Source: a virus
Taxonomy: Duplodnaviria; Caudoviricetes
IMG/VR virus record: IMGVR_UViG_3300044820_000026
Location: 1 to 41,840 of that record
Reading direction: 5' to 3' (one strand)
Length of the DNA stretch: 41,840 bases
Part shown: positions 1 to 9,446 of the stretch, piece by piece
How positions within the stretch are numbered: the first letter of the stretch is position 1
Layout of the letters: the number at the start of each line of letters is the position of its first letter
Notes under the pieces: model-generated
Seen by the model: only the letters and a program-made list of their open reading frames with translations
Told to the model about the DNA's origin: nothing
Database searches by the model: none
Position numbers and translations under genes: made by a program

Positions 1-254
1 CACTTTACGGATTGCTATTTTCACCAATCGCAATCCTCGGATAATATTTGGCTAGGTGCTAACACCGCTTACACTAGCATAAAAGGTGGTCTTAATACTG
101 GCGCGTATAAGAGAGGTGTGTATCAGCAGGGTACGCACCTAAAGCTAACGGGGCAGCAAATAGCGGTAAATAGCCAAGCCGGTTCGGCCTTATGGTCCGG
201 TGTAGAGCTAGGCGCGGCCTCATCGGGCAACCTTATATTTGGTAATTTGATCGG
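1..254. repeat. End overlap, copy 1 (equals 41587-41840); circular assembly junction
   Basis: 1-254 matches 41587-41840 except C127 vs A41713; falls in the middle of the tailspike ORF. Confidence 0.95.
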
Positions 255-603
255 CGCTTGGAGTGGGTACGGCACAGAGCTACAGAGCTACGGTGTAACC
301 ATAGACGCCGGTTCAGCCAATAATGCAGTGTACGGCAATGATTTACGCGGCAACGTTACGGGAGATATTCACGACCTCGCACTAGACGCCGCCTCGATGC
401 TTGGGCCAAACGTCGGACTAGCTACTACTCCCACTAAGTTTGGCCAGCCTTTACAGTTTACGGGAGCGGGAACATACCAAGCTAACGGAGCGGTAGCCAC
501 GGCCCTAACATCCCTAGGGCCAACGGGTTCGCGTACAACCGTGCAAAAGTGGATGACCGTATATGATGGTGCGGGAAATCCCTTCTATGTACCTTGCTTC
601 TAG
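1..603 (+). CDS. Tailspike, C-terminal part (continues the ORF starting at 40255 across the junction; about 644 aa total)
   Basis: Same frame as 40255; beta-helix-like Gly/Asn repeats; C-terminus WMTVYDGAGNPFYVPCF is typical of fibre ends. Confidence 0.85.
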   Translation, partial: HFTDCYFHQSQSSDNIWLGANTAYTSIKGGLNTGAYKRGVYQQGTHLKLTGQQIAVNSQAGSALWSGVELGAASSGNLIFGNLIGAWSGYGTELQSYGVTIDAGSANNAVYGNDLRGNVTGDIHDLALDAASMLGPNVGLATTPTKFGQPLQFTGAGTYQANGAVATALTSLGPTGSRTTVQKWMTVYDGAGNPFYVPCF

Positions 604-614
604 GAGAATTTACA

Positions 615-1172
615 ATGAACAGTAACTTACCCCTATCCTTAAAGATGCTCTACGTGTCGGAGGGGGACTACAGCAACGACGCGCACGACCCAGGCGGACC
701 TACGAATAAGGGAGTTATTCAATCGGAGTATAACGCTTATCGTAGGTCAATGAACCTCCCCATACAGAGTGTTAGGCTCATCCTAGATAGCGAAGTAGTC
801 GCCATCTACAAGGCGCAGTATTGGGATCGCGTTCAAGCTGATGCGCTTCCTAGCGGTATCGACTACATTGTGTTTGACGACGCCGTGAACTGCGGGCCTA
901 GGCAAGCGATTATCGCAATGCAGCGTACGCTTAATAGTCTACACAAGGCAGGCTTAGCTGTAGACGGCGTACTTGGGTTATTAACAATGGAGGCAGTACA
1001 TGAAGTAGACCCTACGGACTTTATCAAACAATACGTAGTACAGAGGATGGGGTTTTATAGACATATACCCGGCTGGCGGTGGTTTGCGTCAGGGTGGACC
1101 CATAGAATATATGGCCAGCGGGGCGACCCCGGTGTGTTAAAGAACGCGTTGTCCCTTGTAGCCAAGACTTAA
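615..1172 (+). CDS. Endolysin, glycoside hydrolase family 108 with peptidoglycan-binding domain
   Basis: EGDYSNDAHDPGGPTNKGV (EGGY-like), LAVDGVLG, FASGWTHR; AGGAG RBS favours ATG 615. Confidence 0.9.
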   Translation: MNSNLPLSLKMLYVSEGDYSNDAHDPGGPTNKGVIQSEYNAYRRSMNLPIQSVRLILDSEVVAIYKAQYWDRVQADALPSGIDYIVFDDAVNCGPRQAIIAMQRTLNSLHKAGLAVDGVLGLLTMEAVHEVDPTDFIKQYVVQRMGFYRHIPGWRWFASGWTHRIYGQRGDPGVLKNALSLVAKT

Positions 1173-1198
1173 ACTCTAACCCTAATATGAGGTGTTAA

Positions 1199-1438
1199 AT
1201 GGAGAAGTGGTTCGCTAGTCTAGCCGAGAGTTGGATATTCGCGCACACTAGCGATGTTGCAGCGTGGGCGGTAGACCGCTTACGCGAGCCTAGCACTTGG
1301 GCGTCTATCGCCGTATGGATTACGGCACAGGCCCATATCCTAGGTAACCCCGATGGTAAGAGCGCCTTCGTTAGCTTCGGCGTATCCTTCGCGGCGCTCC
1401 TAGGTGTAATCTTGAAAGAGAAGGGAGTAACAAAATGA
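1199..1438 (+). CDS. Putative holin
   Basis: 79 aa, two hydrophobic segments, RLREPSTW motif, basic C-terminus, follows endolysin. Confidence 0.65.
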   Translation: MEKWFASLAESWIFAHTSDVAAWAVDRLREPSTWASIAVWITAQAHILGNPDGKSAFVSFGVSFAALLGVILKEKGVTK

Positions 1439-1863
1439 GTTGGTTTTCGTTTAGCTCGATTAAGAACGCCGTCTATGTCGTAGAGACTGACGTGCTTCTT
1501 ACTATCGAGAAGATTAAGCAAGAGGCCATAGTAGCCGAGAGCGAGATTAGTGCGGCTCTGCGGTGGATCGCCTCTAACACTCCCGCTATCACTGCGGATA
1601 TTCAGCAGGTGTTAGGACTTGTACAGGTTGTAGGCATCGCTAACCCGCAGGTAGAGGCCGCAGTAGTTGCGGCTAATGCAGCAGTGGGCGCGCTTAACGT
1701 CTACGCGGCAGCTTACAATAAAGGAACAGGCACGGCGGCTTCGGTGATCGCCGGTTACTCGGCCTTTAAGCAGGCCCAGGCAGCGGCAGCTACGGCGACC
1801 TCCGTAGCGGTTTCTACGGGGCCTATCGCCGCCGAGGCCCCAATACCCAAGCCAACAGGCTAA
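1435..1863 (+). CDS. Ala-rich lysis-region protein of unknown function
   Basis: ATGA overlap with holin; 142 aa. Confidence 0.6.
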   Translation: MSWFSFSSIKNAVYVVETDVLLTIEKIKQEAIVAESEISAALRWIASNTPAITADIQQVLGLVQVVGIANPQVEAAVVAANAAVGALNVYAAAYNKGTGTAASVIAGYSAFKQAQAAAATATSVAVSTGPIAAEAPIPKPTG

Positions 1864-1887
1864 AGTGCACACCGCACCAAAGCACTT

Positions 1888-1921
1888 ATACCCGACCTCG
1901 TTGCGCGGGGCCGGGTATTTC
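1888..1921 (+). terminator. Possible intrinsic terminator
   Basis: ATACCCG...CGGGTAT stem followed by short T run. Confidence 0.4.
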
Positions 1922-1949
1922 TACGACCATCGAAGCGAGGCAGGCGGCC

Positions 1950-2177
1950 ATGACTGAGAATGTAACCCTACAAGACATCTATTATAAGCTAGGGCAGATG
2001 GAGGCCGCATTAACCGCGCATCTAAAGCAGGAAGACGAACAAACAAAGACTAACGCAGAACTGCACCATAAGATCGAAGTGCTACAGCTAAAAATGTCGT
2101 GGTTCGTAGGGGCTTCGGCAATGCTAGGTGCAGGAGTTACGCTCGTAATGCACAGGTTATTCGGCGGTATTCACTAA
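1950..2177 (+). CDS. Coiled-coil protein with C-terminal TM helix (lysis accessory, XhlA-like)
   Basis: GAGG RBS; heptad N-terminus; WFVGASAMLGAGVTLVM TM segment. Confidence 0.6.
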   Translation: MTENVTLQDIYYKLGQMEAALTAHLKQEDEQTKTNAELHHKIEVLQLKMSWFVGASAMLGAGVTLVMHRLFGGIH

Positions 2178-2179
2178 TG

Positions 2180-2205
2180 AAAATAGCCCCCTAGGGGGCT
2201 ATTTT
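2180..2205. terminator. Bidirectional terminator between convergent late and replication units
   Basis: Perfect 26-bp palindrome AAAATAGCCCCCTAGGGGGCTATTTT. Confidence 0.85.
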
Positions 2206-2226
2206 TATCCACGACTATAACCATGT

Positions 2227-2694
2227 TTATAATAACAATCCCTGTATATAAGCGATAGCACGGCTAAATAATGTGAGGTCATCCTCTAACAACCCTAGGC
2301 CACTATTACAGTTATGGCAGAGTATACCTCTTACACGGCCTGTATTGTGGCAATGGTCAACTACGGGCGACCGTGCCTTGTTCCCTATAACGAACTCCCT
2401 TCTGCATATAAGGCACTTATTCTCCTGCTTAATCATCATAGTGTTATAATCGTCTAGACCTATGCCGTAACTACGACGTAAGAAGTACTCCCTACGCTTT
2501 TCAGGGTTTTGCTTTTGCCAAGCAATTTTCGAAGCCCTATACCTTTCGGGGTTTTGCTTTTGCCAAGCCCTAGTCACAGCCGCACGTTTTGAGGCTCTAT
2601 TCTTCCTAATATTGGCCGTTATCGCTGCATCCTCTAAGGGATCAAAGGGCCACTGTATTCCGTCTAACTCAAACATCGCTATGCAATACTCCAT
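2227..2694 (-). CDS. Endonuclease VII-family HNH endonuclease
   Basis: CLICRR..VVDHCHNTGRVRGILCHNCNSGLG; AWQKQNPE repeated with 45-bp period. Confidence 0.9.
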   Translation of the reverse strand: MEYCIAMFELDGIQWPFDPLEDAAITANIRKNRASKRAAVTRAWQKQNPERYRASKIAWQKQNPEKRREYFLRRSYGIGLDDYNTMMIKQENKCLICRREFVIGNKARSPVVDHCHNTGRVRGILCHNCNSGLGLLEDDLTLFSRAIAYIQGLLL

Positions 2695-4093
2695 GTTTCC
2701 TAGAGTACCCCATCAACGCCATAGCGGCGTTTTCTTTTTTCTGTAGCGCCTTGACCATTTCCTTATCCATAGCGCTAGAGACTAGATCAATAACTTCGAT
2801 GGGTATCTTGCGCCCCATCTTCTCAGGCCTAGCCTCGCACTCGGATCGAGTGATAAGACTATAGTTATTCTCGTAGAATATAATCGTATCGCAGGGCATT
2901 TCGTCGGTGCCGGGGAGGGTATGCCCCATCTTAGCGACCTCGATTTGAGCGATAAGAACCTTACAATTAGGATCAGTATTAAATAGACGTTTCTGCGCCT
3001 CTACAGCTTCCCCGCGCATACCGCCCTTTATAGTGGCCGGATTAAACTCGGCTAGGGTATCCTCTAGCCAGTCATAGCTTTGCTGGAACTTGTAGAAGAC
3101 TATTACCTTGTTCTCGACCTCCTCTTTAATGATGTTATAGACCTCCTTCAGCCTAGGGTTAAAGTGAGGTTCTACTATAACGGTTTCCATACCTGTCTCG
3201 CTAGTCGCGAAGCCGCTAGAAATCTGCTGCAAACGGAGATACTTCGTTAGAGCTATGGCGGCTGTAATATCCCCGCTATCCATAGCAATAAGGAAATCCT
3301 TTTCCATTTGCTTGTACGCCTTAGTTTGATTAGGCGTCATTCCTACATGGCGGATAGGGGCGTAAATCTTAGGCTCAAACTCCGCTAGGTATTTATCGCC
3401 TGCGATAAAGCAATGCGGGGCCATTGTATCGCGTAGGTAAGCGGTGTTTTGTTCGCCCACTACTTGCTTACCCATGTATCCACCTAGGACACAGAAAGTA
3501 TTACGGAAGCCGTAGAAGCCCATGGCCGTGGCGTCTATGACCTTGAGTTGCGCCCATAGCTCATGATTGCCGTTGCTCGTGGGCTTTCCCGCCAATACTC
3601 TCTTATAGGCAAATGACCTCGCGAGCTTCAGAGCGGCCTTCGTGCGTTGTGCACCGTGGTTTTTTATCTCGGTGGATTGATCGAAAGCGATCATTGCGCG
3701 CCTAGGGTCAAACAAATTAAAATAGCCGTAGTCCACCGCAGCAGCTAGGCTATCGTAATTTATAATAAGGATAAGCGCCGTTCCTTCCTTGCGCCTAAAG
3801 CAATCAGGAACTTGCTTACGCTTAGAAGCCTCGTAGACGTAGCTGAACGCGGGAACATTCCACTCATCGCAAATAGCGTCCTGCCAAGCGTACTTAAGCG
3901 AGTTAGGGCATACTACGATTAGAGTATCAGCTAAGCCCTGACGCCTCAGCAGTTCGAAGTCGGCCAGCACTGTTCCAGTCTTACCCATACGTTGACGCAT
4001 GAAGTACGCGAAACCAGACCGACCGGCCCCGGCCTCTAGCGCCGCTAGCTGTACAGCCCTAGGCTGTTTTTCAAAGGGCCAAATACTAGTCAT
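2669..4093 (-). CDS. SNF2-like (SF2) helicase with degenerate motifs
   Basis: RMGKT, LIVVCPNS, IINYDS, FDQSTEIKN, LRLQQISSGF, IIFYENNYS. Confidence 0.85.
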   Translation of the reverse strand: MTSIWPFEKQPRAVQLAALEAGAGRSGFAYFMRQRMGKTGTVLADFELLRRQGLADTLIVVCPNSLKYAWQDAICDEWNVPAFSYVYEASKRKQVPDCFRRKEGTALILIINYDSLAAAVDYGYFNLFDPRRAMIAFDQSTEIKNHGAQRTKAALKLARSFAYKRVLAGKPTSNGNHELWAQLKVIDATAMGFYGFRNTFCVLGGYMGKQVVGEQNTAYLRDTMAPHCFIAGDKYLAEFEPKIYAPIRHVGMTPNQTKAYKQMEKDFLIAMDSGDITAAIALTKYLRLQQISSGFATSETGMETVIVEPHFNPRLKEVYNIIKEEVENKVIVFYKFQQSYDWLEDTLAEFNPATIKGGMRGEAVEAQKRLFNTDPNCKVLIAQIEVAKMGHTLPGTDEMPCDTIIFYENNYSLITRSECEARPEKMGRKIPIEVIDLVSSAMDKEMVKALQKKENAAMALMGYSRKHGVLHSDV

Positions 4094-4247
4094 GAACCAC
4101 CGCCTTCAGCATCAGCTTAGCCCGTAAGCAAGAGGCGTACATTTCCTGAAAGATTTCATCCACCTCGACGTTTATAATCTCGGTAGACACGATCTTTTCT
4201 AAGTCCTTCTCGATACGGGAAAGCAATACAAATAATAACTCGCTCAT
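4086..4247 (-). CDS. Small hypothetical protein (53 aa, not in ORF track)
   Basis: MSELLFVLLSRIEKDL...VVHD*; fills the gap and overlaps the helicase start. Confidence 0.55.
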   Translation of the reverse strand: MSELLFVLLSRIEKDLEKIVSTEIINVEVDEIFQEMYASCLRAKLMLKAVVHD

Positions 4248-4251
4248 AGCC

Positions 4252-4464
4252 CTAACGTCCTCTGTTGAAGGTTATGCCCATATACTTGAATTGCGTGTAG
4301 ACAGTTCGCGGCTCAAGTTTAAGGGGAAGTTGGTCCTCACGGTTCATTACCATTACAGGGCTTTCCATCACTATACACTCCCATAGATTGTCGAACTCCC
4401 GCGCTGCTAGGGTGATCTTAACGCTATCGTCGTTTAAGATTATCTCCTTGCTCTTTAGGCGCAT
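4252..4464 (-). CDS. Hypothetical protein
   Basis: Operon position; likely start MRLKSK. Confidence 0.5.
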   Translation of the reverse strand: MRLKSKEIILNDDSVKITLAAREFDNLWECIVMESPVMVMNREDQLPLKLEPRTVYTQFKYMGITFNRGR

Positions 4465-4495
4465 AACGAAGTCCCCAATGATGGATAGGATAGAC

Positions 4496-4720
4496 CTATT
4501 CGAAATCTTTCCAGTCATAGCTTAATGTGTACTCCTGATTGTCGTAGTTGTAATGCAGTGTAGCAGTGTCGCCCTCGCAGTGTAGGGCAGGTTCGAGAAG
4601 GTCTATTGCCTTCTCGTACTCGTCAACGCCTAGGGCGTCCCAACCGTGACGGTTAATTATGTCTACGGAAGCTTGACCTGATATGCGGCGGCTTACGTAC
4701 GCCGGTAGTGATACCGCCAT
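4496..4720 (-). CDS. Hypothetical protein
   Basis: GGAG RBS; operon position. Confidence 0.55.
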   Translation of the reverse strand: MAVSLPAYVSRRISGQASVDIINRHGWDALGVDEYEKAIDLLEPALHCEGDTATLHYNYDNQEYTLSYDWKDFE

Positions 4721-5094
4721 AACAACTCCATGTTGAATACACCGTTAGAGTATGGTACAAATACAGTCTCGTTAGGGGTAACGTATTCATCATCCTTAGT
4801 AGTTATGTATAGTCGTAACTCCCCTAGCCATATCGCACCCGTTAAGCATATGCTCCCGTATTCTCGCATAAACTTCTTTTGTAGCATTTCCAGCTTAGGC
4901 TTGAAGGGAAGGTGAGAGCATCGCCTGCCATGATACTTTACTTCGGCCAATACTAACGGAAAGTCCCTAGGCTTTATTATTAGATCAGCTATACCCTTCT
5001 TAAACGCGCCGTTAGTCTTCTCCGCATTACCGCCCTGCCCTTTAATGCTAGTGATAATCTTATCCTGTAATCCTCCGCGTCCTATCTCTTTCAT
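4693..5094 (-). CDS. VRR-NUC / PD-(D/E)XK nuclease (Holliday junction resolvase-like)
   Basis: KGIADLII...LAEVK; lies between PolA and helicase. Confidence 0.7.
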   Translation of the reverse strand: MKEIGRGGLQDKIITSIKGQGGNAEKTNGAFKKGIADLIIKPRDFPLVLAEVKYHGRRCSHLPFKPKLEMLQKKFMREYGSICLTGAIWLGELRLYITTKDDEYVTPNETVFVPYSNGVFNMELLWRYHYRRT

Positions 5095-5300
5095 CGAGGT
5101 TGTCCTAAGTAGACGTACTTAGCCGTAAGACCTTCAGCCATTTGCTCTACGCCCTTATGTTTAACCATAATAGTAACATGCACCTTCTCAGGGTTAGGCG
5201 CGCTTACCCATTCAGCAACGTGTTGCTGTATAAGGCGTACAATGTCCTCGTACGTAAGTGTAATATCTATTTTCCTACCAGTACCTCTAGGTTTCTCCAT
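5091..5300 (-). CDS. Hypothetical protein
   Basis: Likely start MEKPRG; ATGA overlap with next gene. Confidence 0.5.
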   Translation of the reverse strand: MEKPRGTGRKIDITLTYEDIVRLIQQHVAEWVSAPNPEKVHVTIMVKHKGVEQMAEGLTAKYVYLGQPR

Positions 5301-5533
5301 TCGGTATCGTCGGGCATACGACCGCGTACTACGATTAGGCCGCTTTCGTGCCAGTTGCATATCTCTATGTATATCTCTTGATATTGCACTGGTTCGGGGC
5401 CGCTACGCGGGGAGGGCAACCTAGGGAGGTATATGAAGCGCTTAATCCTACGCTTCGCTATCTCGTGTTTATTGTTCTTCCACAGTGCTTTAAGATACAT
5501 AACCTTAAGTTCGTCGCTAAGTTCATTTCCCAT
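5267..5533 (-). CDS. Hypothetical protein
   Basis: Overlaps the end of PolA. Confidence 0.45.
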   Translation of the reverse strand: MGNELSDELKVMYLKALWKNNKHEIAKRRIKRFIYLPRLPSPRSGPEPVQYQEIYIEICNWHESGLIVVRGRMPDDTEWRNLEVLVGK

Positions 5534-7337
5534 AGGTGGCCTCTGCCCAATCCTTGCCCATCTTTAAGTCAGCTACGAAAGGTACGGTTAGACTAAATGG
5601 AGGGCCGTTAACATCCTCCATTATGCGCTTACACTCCGAGATAGCGGCTACGCCTTCAGGCGTATCCTCGACCTCGAATACAATGCTATCGTGGATATTC
5701 AATAGCATATGTAGGTCTACTGGCGAGCTTCTAACGTACTCGCCTATCTCACACATTTTGAACTTAAGAATATCCGCAGAGCCTCCCTGAATGATAGCAT
5801 TAGGGGCTTTGTACGCCCCGCGCGTATCGGGGAAGCGCCTACGCCTGCCTAGGATAGTACGTACGTAGCCCCTATCCTCTGCTACGGCTATAGCACGCTT
5901 ACGCCAAGAGCTAACGGAGGGGAATAGCTTGTACCATCCAAACCATAGCCTTTGGGCTTCTTCTTCCGATATGCCTAGGGCGCGGGCCAGCTTGGATTGC
6001 CCCATCAGATAAAGGATAGCAAGATTAAGAACTTTAGCATGGTCACGATCAACCCCAAGCATAGCACTAACAATACTGTGCATATCAATAAATGGGCTAG
6101 CTCGATAACCGTCCACCAAACGCGCTTCATTAGAGTAGTGAGCATAGAGCCTCGGTTCGCACTGAGAGTAATCCATTTCCGCTAGCAGGTAGCCAGGACG
6201 CGCTACAAACATAGAGCGGAATAACCGGCCTATTTCTTTGTTGCGCTTAGGCACCTGCTGCATATTGGGGTTATTAGAGCTAAGCCGTCCGGTAACCGTA
6301 CCAAAATCGTCGGTCTTAACTTGGTTGAATGAAGTGTGCACCGCAGCAGTTCCGTCCCCCGGCTTAAATACGTGGTGCTGCACGAAGGGCTTAAGGAACG
6401 TATTTAAGAACGTTTCATGGTTCTTAATGCTAATAAGCTTCTGCCCTAGCTCCGTAGTTTCGAGGTAGCTGGACGTAAAGCTGGGGTTACCCTTATCCGT
6501 AAGTGGCCAGTCCTCTATGTCATACATCTTAAAGTATGATGCCATATCGCGGCTACTACGGGTATTAAGTTCAAAGTCACATAGTAGCTTATCCATACGC
6601 TGATGTACGATATAGCTAGTAACATGCTCTAAAATCTCCTTCACCCTAGGACGGTCTACGGATATACCCCTAACCTCCATATCCACGAGTACGCGGGTTA
6701 GACGGTTTTCTAGGGCGTAGACTATACCTAGGCTTTGCTCGTCCACGCGCTTAAGCTGTTCTATGTGTAGCTCGTAGGTTGATTTAGTATCGCCTGCGGC
6801 GTACTCGGCTACCATAGGATCGTTGCCGGGCATTTCGTGGTAATGCCCCATCGCTTTCCTATCCGGCTTACAGCCACGCATTAGCGATATGTAATTGTAT
6901 AGCTCCTGTTCGATCTTAGGTGTAACGCCGTAACTCTTGGCGAGCGCCCCTAGGGAAAACCTAGAAGTGTGCTCGTCAATAAGCGCCTGCGTCACCATAG
7001 TGCACACCAGATTTAGCGGACGTAAATCCACACCATGATTAAGACTAAACAGCACGTCAAACTTGAGATTATGACCAATAACTGTCCCAATAGCTCCCCC
7101 CAATGTACGCGATAGCGCTTGTTCAAAATCGGTAGCGTTGCATATATTACCGCCGCCAGTATGACGAACAGGAACATAAAAAGATGCGCTCCCGTTACTA
7201 ACACTATAGCCGATGACGCTATTTCGCTTCCAGTCAAGTCCTGTAGTTTCGACATCATATGCAAAGAGCTTAGCATCGCGTACTATCCTTAGAAATGCTT
7301 CGGGGTTAGGTTCGTATAATGGTATAGCCTTAAGCAT
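5523..7337 (-). CDS. Family A DNA polymerase with 3'-5' exonuclease domain
   Basis: ExoI YDVETTG, GHNLKFD, TGRLSSNNPNMQQVP, motif A DYSQCEPR, motif B KVLNLAILY, motif C NIHDSIV. Confidence 0.95.
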   Translation of the reverse strand: MLKAIPLYEPNPEAFLRIVRDAKLFAYDVETTGLDWKRNSVIGYSVSNGSASFYVPVRHTGGGNICNATDFEQALSRTLGGAIGTVIGHNLKFDVLFSLNHGVDLRPLNLVCTMVTQALIDEHTSRFSLGALAKSYGVTPKIEQELYNYISLMRGCKPDRKAMGHYHEMPGNDPMVAEYAAGDTKSTYELHIEQLKRVDEQSLGIVYALENRLTRVLVDMEVRGISVDRPRVKEILEHVTSYIVHQRMDKLLCDFELNTRSSRDMASYFKMYDIEDWPLTDKGNPSFTSSYLETTELGQKLISIKNHETFLNTFLKPFVQHHVFKPGDGTAAVHTSFNQVKTDDFGTVTGRLSSNNPNMQQVPKRNKEIGRLFRSMFVARPGYLLAEMDYSQCEPRLYAHYSNEARLVDGYRASPFIDMHSIVSAMLGVDRDHAKVLNLAILYLMGQSKLARALGISEEEAQRLWFGWYKLFPSVSSWRKRAIAVAEDRGYVRTILGRRRRFPDTRGAYKAPNAIIQGGSADILKFKMCEIGEYVRSSPVDLHMLLNIHDSIVFEVEDTPEGVAAISECKRIMEDVNGPPFSLTVPFVADLKMGKDWAEATYGK

Positions 7338-7522
7338 TATGCGCGCCTCGATACGTGGCGCTTATTGCGGGCCTCGGTTTCCTCCTTAGCCCAATCAGGC
7401 CTAGCCGCGCCGGTAGAGGGGTTAAGCCCGCACTTGATACCTAGGCGCTGCATGTGGTCAAGCTTAGACTTGATGTACTTAGCGTCACTAACGCAGTGGG
7501 GCTTACGAATATGCTTAGCCAT
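7337..7522 (-). CDS. Small basic hypothetical protein
   Basis: AAGGA RBS; TAATG coupling to PolA. Confidence 0.55.
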   Translation of the reverse strand: MAKHIRKPHCVSDAKYIKSKLDHMQRLGIKCGLNPSTGAARPDWAKEETEARNKRHVSRRA

Positions 7523-7545
7523 CTATGTGTTTTCCTTCTAGATAT

Positions 7546-7578
7546 AAAAATGCCCTAGGCCGCATTACCTAGGGCATT
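7546..7578 (-). terminator. Intrinsic terminator downstream of SSB-like gene
   Basis: 11-bp stem AATGCCCTAGG/CCTAGGGCATT plus T run on minus strand. Confidence 0.75.
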
Positions 7579-7588
7579 ACGGTTAGAG

Positions 7589-8407
7589 TTAGAACGCCGT
7601 CTCTTTGGCCGTGTCGTAAGTGGCCCCGCGATTAGGTGTTTCTTCCTCTGCCTCAAAGTCCGCATAATCCGCAGCGAGCTTGCGCGCCGCGTTGAAGTCC
7701 GCTTCACTGGCCACGCCGTTAAGCTGGAATTGCCACTTGTAGAAGCTATCCGCTCCCTTAGAGGCCTCGACGGCGCGGGCGATCAGCTTAATAGACTGGA
7801 TAGGCCGACGAGTAGCCGCTAGCATACTAAGCAAGTCGCGAGCAGTATCCACACCAGTACGGTACAGGCTAAAAACGATAGGGCTAAATTGTCCCGAAGG
7901 AAGCATGTATATAAGACAATCATAGCTAAGCGTAGCCGCTGGCGCGCTATCCTTATCGGAAGGGTTAGAGCTACCCCAATCGAGAAGGCCGCTAGCCGGT
8001 ACGTTCGCCCTAGTGTTGTACGTGACTTTTCCGACATTCTTAATGTCAAGCGTAAACTCCTGATTAGGCTTGTCCCAATGAACTCCGTCCCTAGCAATAG
8101 CTAGCATCCCGCCGCCTGCGGACCTAGGCGCCCACAGCGTAGCTCTGCGGCTAGCGATAGCGATAATAAATTCAAACTCATCGCCTAGGCTTTCCTTAGC
8201 GGACGTTACCCAAAAGTTGCCAGGAAACGCTTCTCCGCGATGGGCCTGAATTTCAGGGTTAAGAGCCTGCAATAGCTTTATGCGAGGTACTTTGAAGTCC
8301 TCACGCGTAAAGCCTTCTAGGCCGGTGGGGCCTGTAAATTCTGCTAGGTACGCAGGAAGCGCCTCAGCTTCCTTTACCGCTACCGCTGTGCTCGGTTTCT
8401 TAGCCAT
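7589..8407 (-). CDS. Putative single-stranded DNA-binding protein
   Basis: DFKVPRIKLLQ N-terminal motif; acidic tail ending in Phe; adjacent to PolA. Confidence 0.55.
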   Translation of the reverse strand: MAKKPSTAVAVKEAEALPAYLAEFTGPTGLEGFTREDFKVPRIKLLQALNPEIQAHRGEAFPGNFWVTSAKESLGDEFEFIIAIASRRATLWAPRSAGGGMLAIARDGVHWDKPNQEFTLDIKNVGKVTYNTRANVPASGLLDWGSSNPSDKDSAPAATLSYDCLIYMLPSGQFSPIVFSLYRTGVDTARDLLSMLAATRRPIQSIKLIARAVEASKGADSFYKWQFQLNGVASEADFNAARKLAADYADFEAEEETPNRGATYDTAKETAF

Positions 8408-8984
8408 TCTTACGTCTACCTTTCTTGGCCGTGGGCCGGTTAATCTTTATATAATCCAAAGTGCTAATCTTTACTACTTCAGGAGGCGGCGTTTTAGCCT
8501 CGTCCTTCACGTAGCGCGTTAGGAAAGCGCTTAGAGTTTGCGCGTGTACAGTTCTTTGTATAAGTGCTTCTTCCCCTATTTCTTCTAGCCAATCGAAACC
8601 TTTCTGCTTATCCGTAAAGCTACCCGTTATACGCTGCGCCGTAGCGAACTCTATATCGCCTACGTATTGAGCGGGTACGCCTACGACCTCGAAGCCCTTA
8701 ACCAAAATCTTGTGGTTAAGCACGGCCTTAAGTGCCTCGGCCTTTTTAACGACCTCTTTCAGCGCGTCTAGAGCTACGTCTAGTGTCTCGAAGACGGCAC
8801 AGTGATCTTGCAGCATAGTTGCATCACTGGCCACACCTAGGCGTGCTACGTGGGCTACCCAAAAGTTATGGCACCTCTCTATCTCGTCAATGTTATGTAG
8901 TGTTAACTCCCGAAGGCCCTCAAGCGGACCCTTTTCTGCTACTGTGTTCATATGCTGTTTACTTCCCCACATGCTTACGATCAC
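8400..8984 (-). CDS. Coiled-coil replication-module protein
   Basis: FDWLEEIGEEALIQRTVHAQTLSAF motif common beside phage SSB genes. Confidence 0.55.
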   Translation of the reverse strand: MIVSMWGSKQHMNTVAEKGPLEGLRELTLHNIDEIERCHNFWVAHVARLGVASDATMLQDHCAVFETLDVALDALKEVVKKAEALKAVLNHKILVKGFEVVGVPAQYVGDIEFATAQRITGSFTDKQKGFDWLEEIGEEALIQRTVHAQTLSAFLTRYVKDEAKTPPPEVVKISTLDYIKINRPTAKKGRRKNG

Positions 8985-8987
8985 AAC

Positions 8988-9446
8988 CTAGGCCAGTTGT
9001 TCCGCCACTGCAACAGTTCTGTGACACTTTATACTTGATTTAGTTAATTTTTCGAATGTGTTAACGTGTTCGGCCCAGGAACGTAGGTAAATAAAGCGTT
9101 GATACTTCCTTTCTAAAAAGATAGTCCCTTGGTATTGCCTAGGTACAGACACCTTACGTTGCCTAGGGCGATCACCATTTATAAAAAGGAAGTCTTTAAG
9201 AGTAGCGTAGAACGCTCTAACGTGGGGAGGTTTAGGCTTTGGCCCCTGTATGGACAACACATAATTGTCATGCCAAAAGTATAAAAAATCCTCATACAGC
9301 GTAACTGTATTAACTGCATCAGGCCAGCTAGGCTTATCCACTCCGTTATATATGACGCCGTGCGGCGTCATTAGCATAGACTTCTTATAGAATGGGCATA
9401 CGTCCTCTAGACGTTCTCGCCAATACCTGAGATCCGCGCCACTCAT
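8988..9446 (-). CDS. Stand-alone paralog of the primase C-terminal domain
   Basis: YWRERLE..SWPDAV..LYEDF aligns with primase FWIMERLE..TWPDRI..LREDF. Confidence 0.55.
   Translation of the reverse strand: MSGADLRYWRERLEDVCPFYKKSMLMTPHGVIYNGVDKPSWPDAVNTVTLYEDFLYFWHDNYVLSIQGPKPKPPHVRAFYATLKDFLFINGDRPRQRKVSVPRQYQGTIFLERKYQRFIYLRSWAEHVNTFEKLTKSSIKCHRTVAVAEQLA

Noticed and set aside
1-254. Biological direct terminal repeat
   Set aside because: Splits the tailspike ORF in frame; typical assembly overlap of a circular or permuted genome
2504-2568. 20-bp direct repeat in the HNH gene
   Set aside because: In-frame AWQKQNPE duplication common in HNH N-termini; not a separate element
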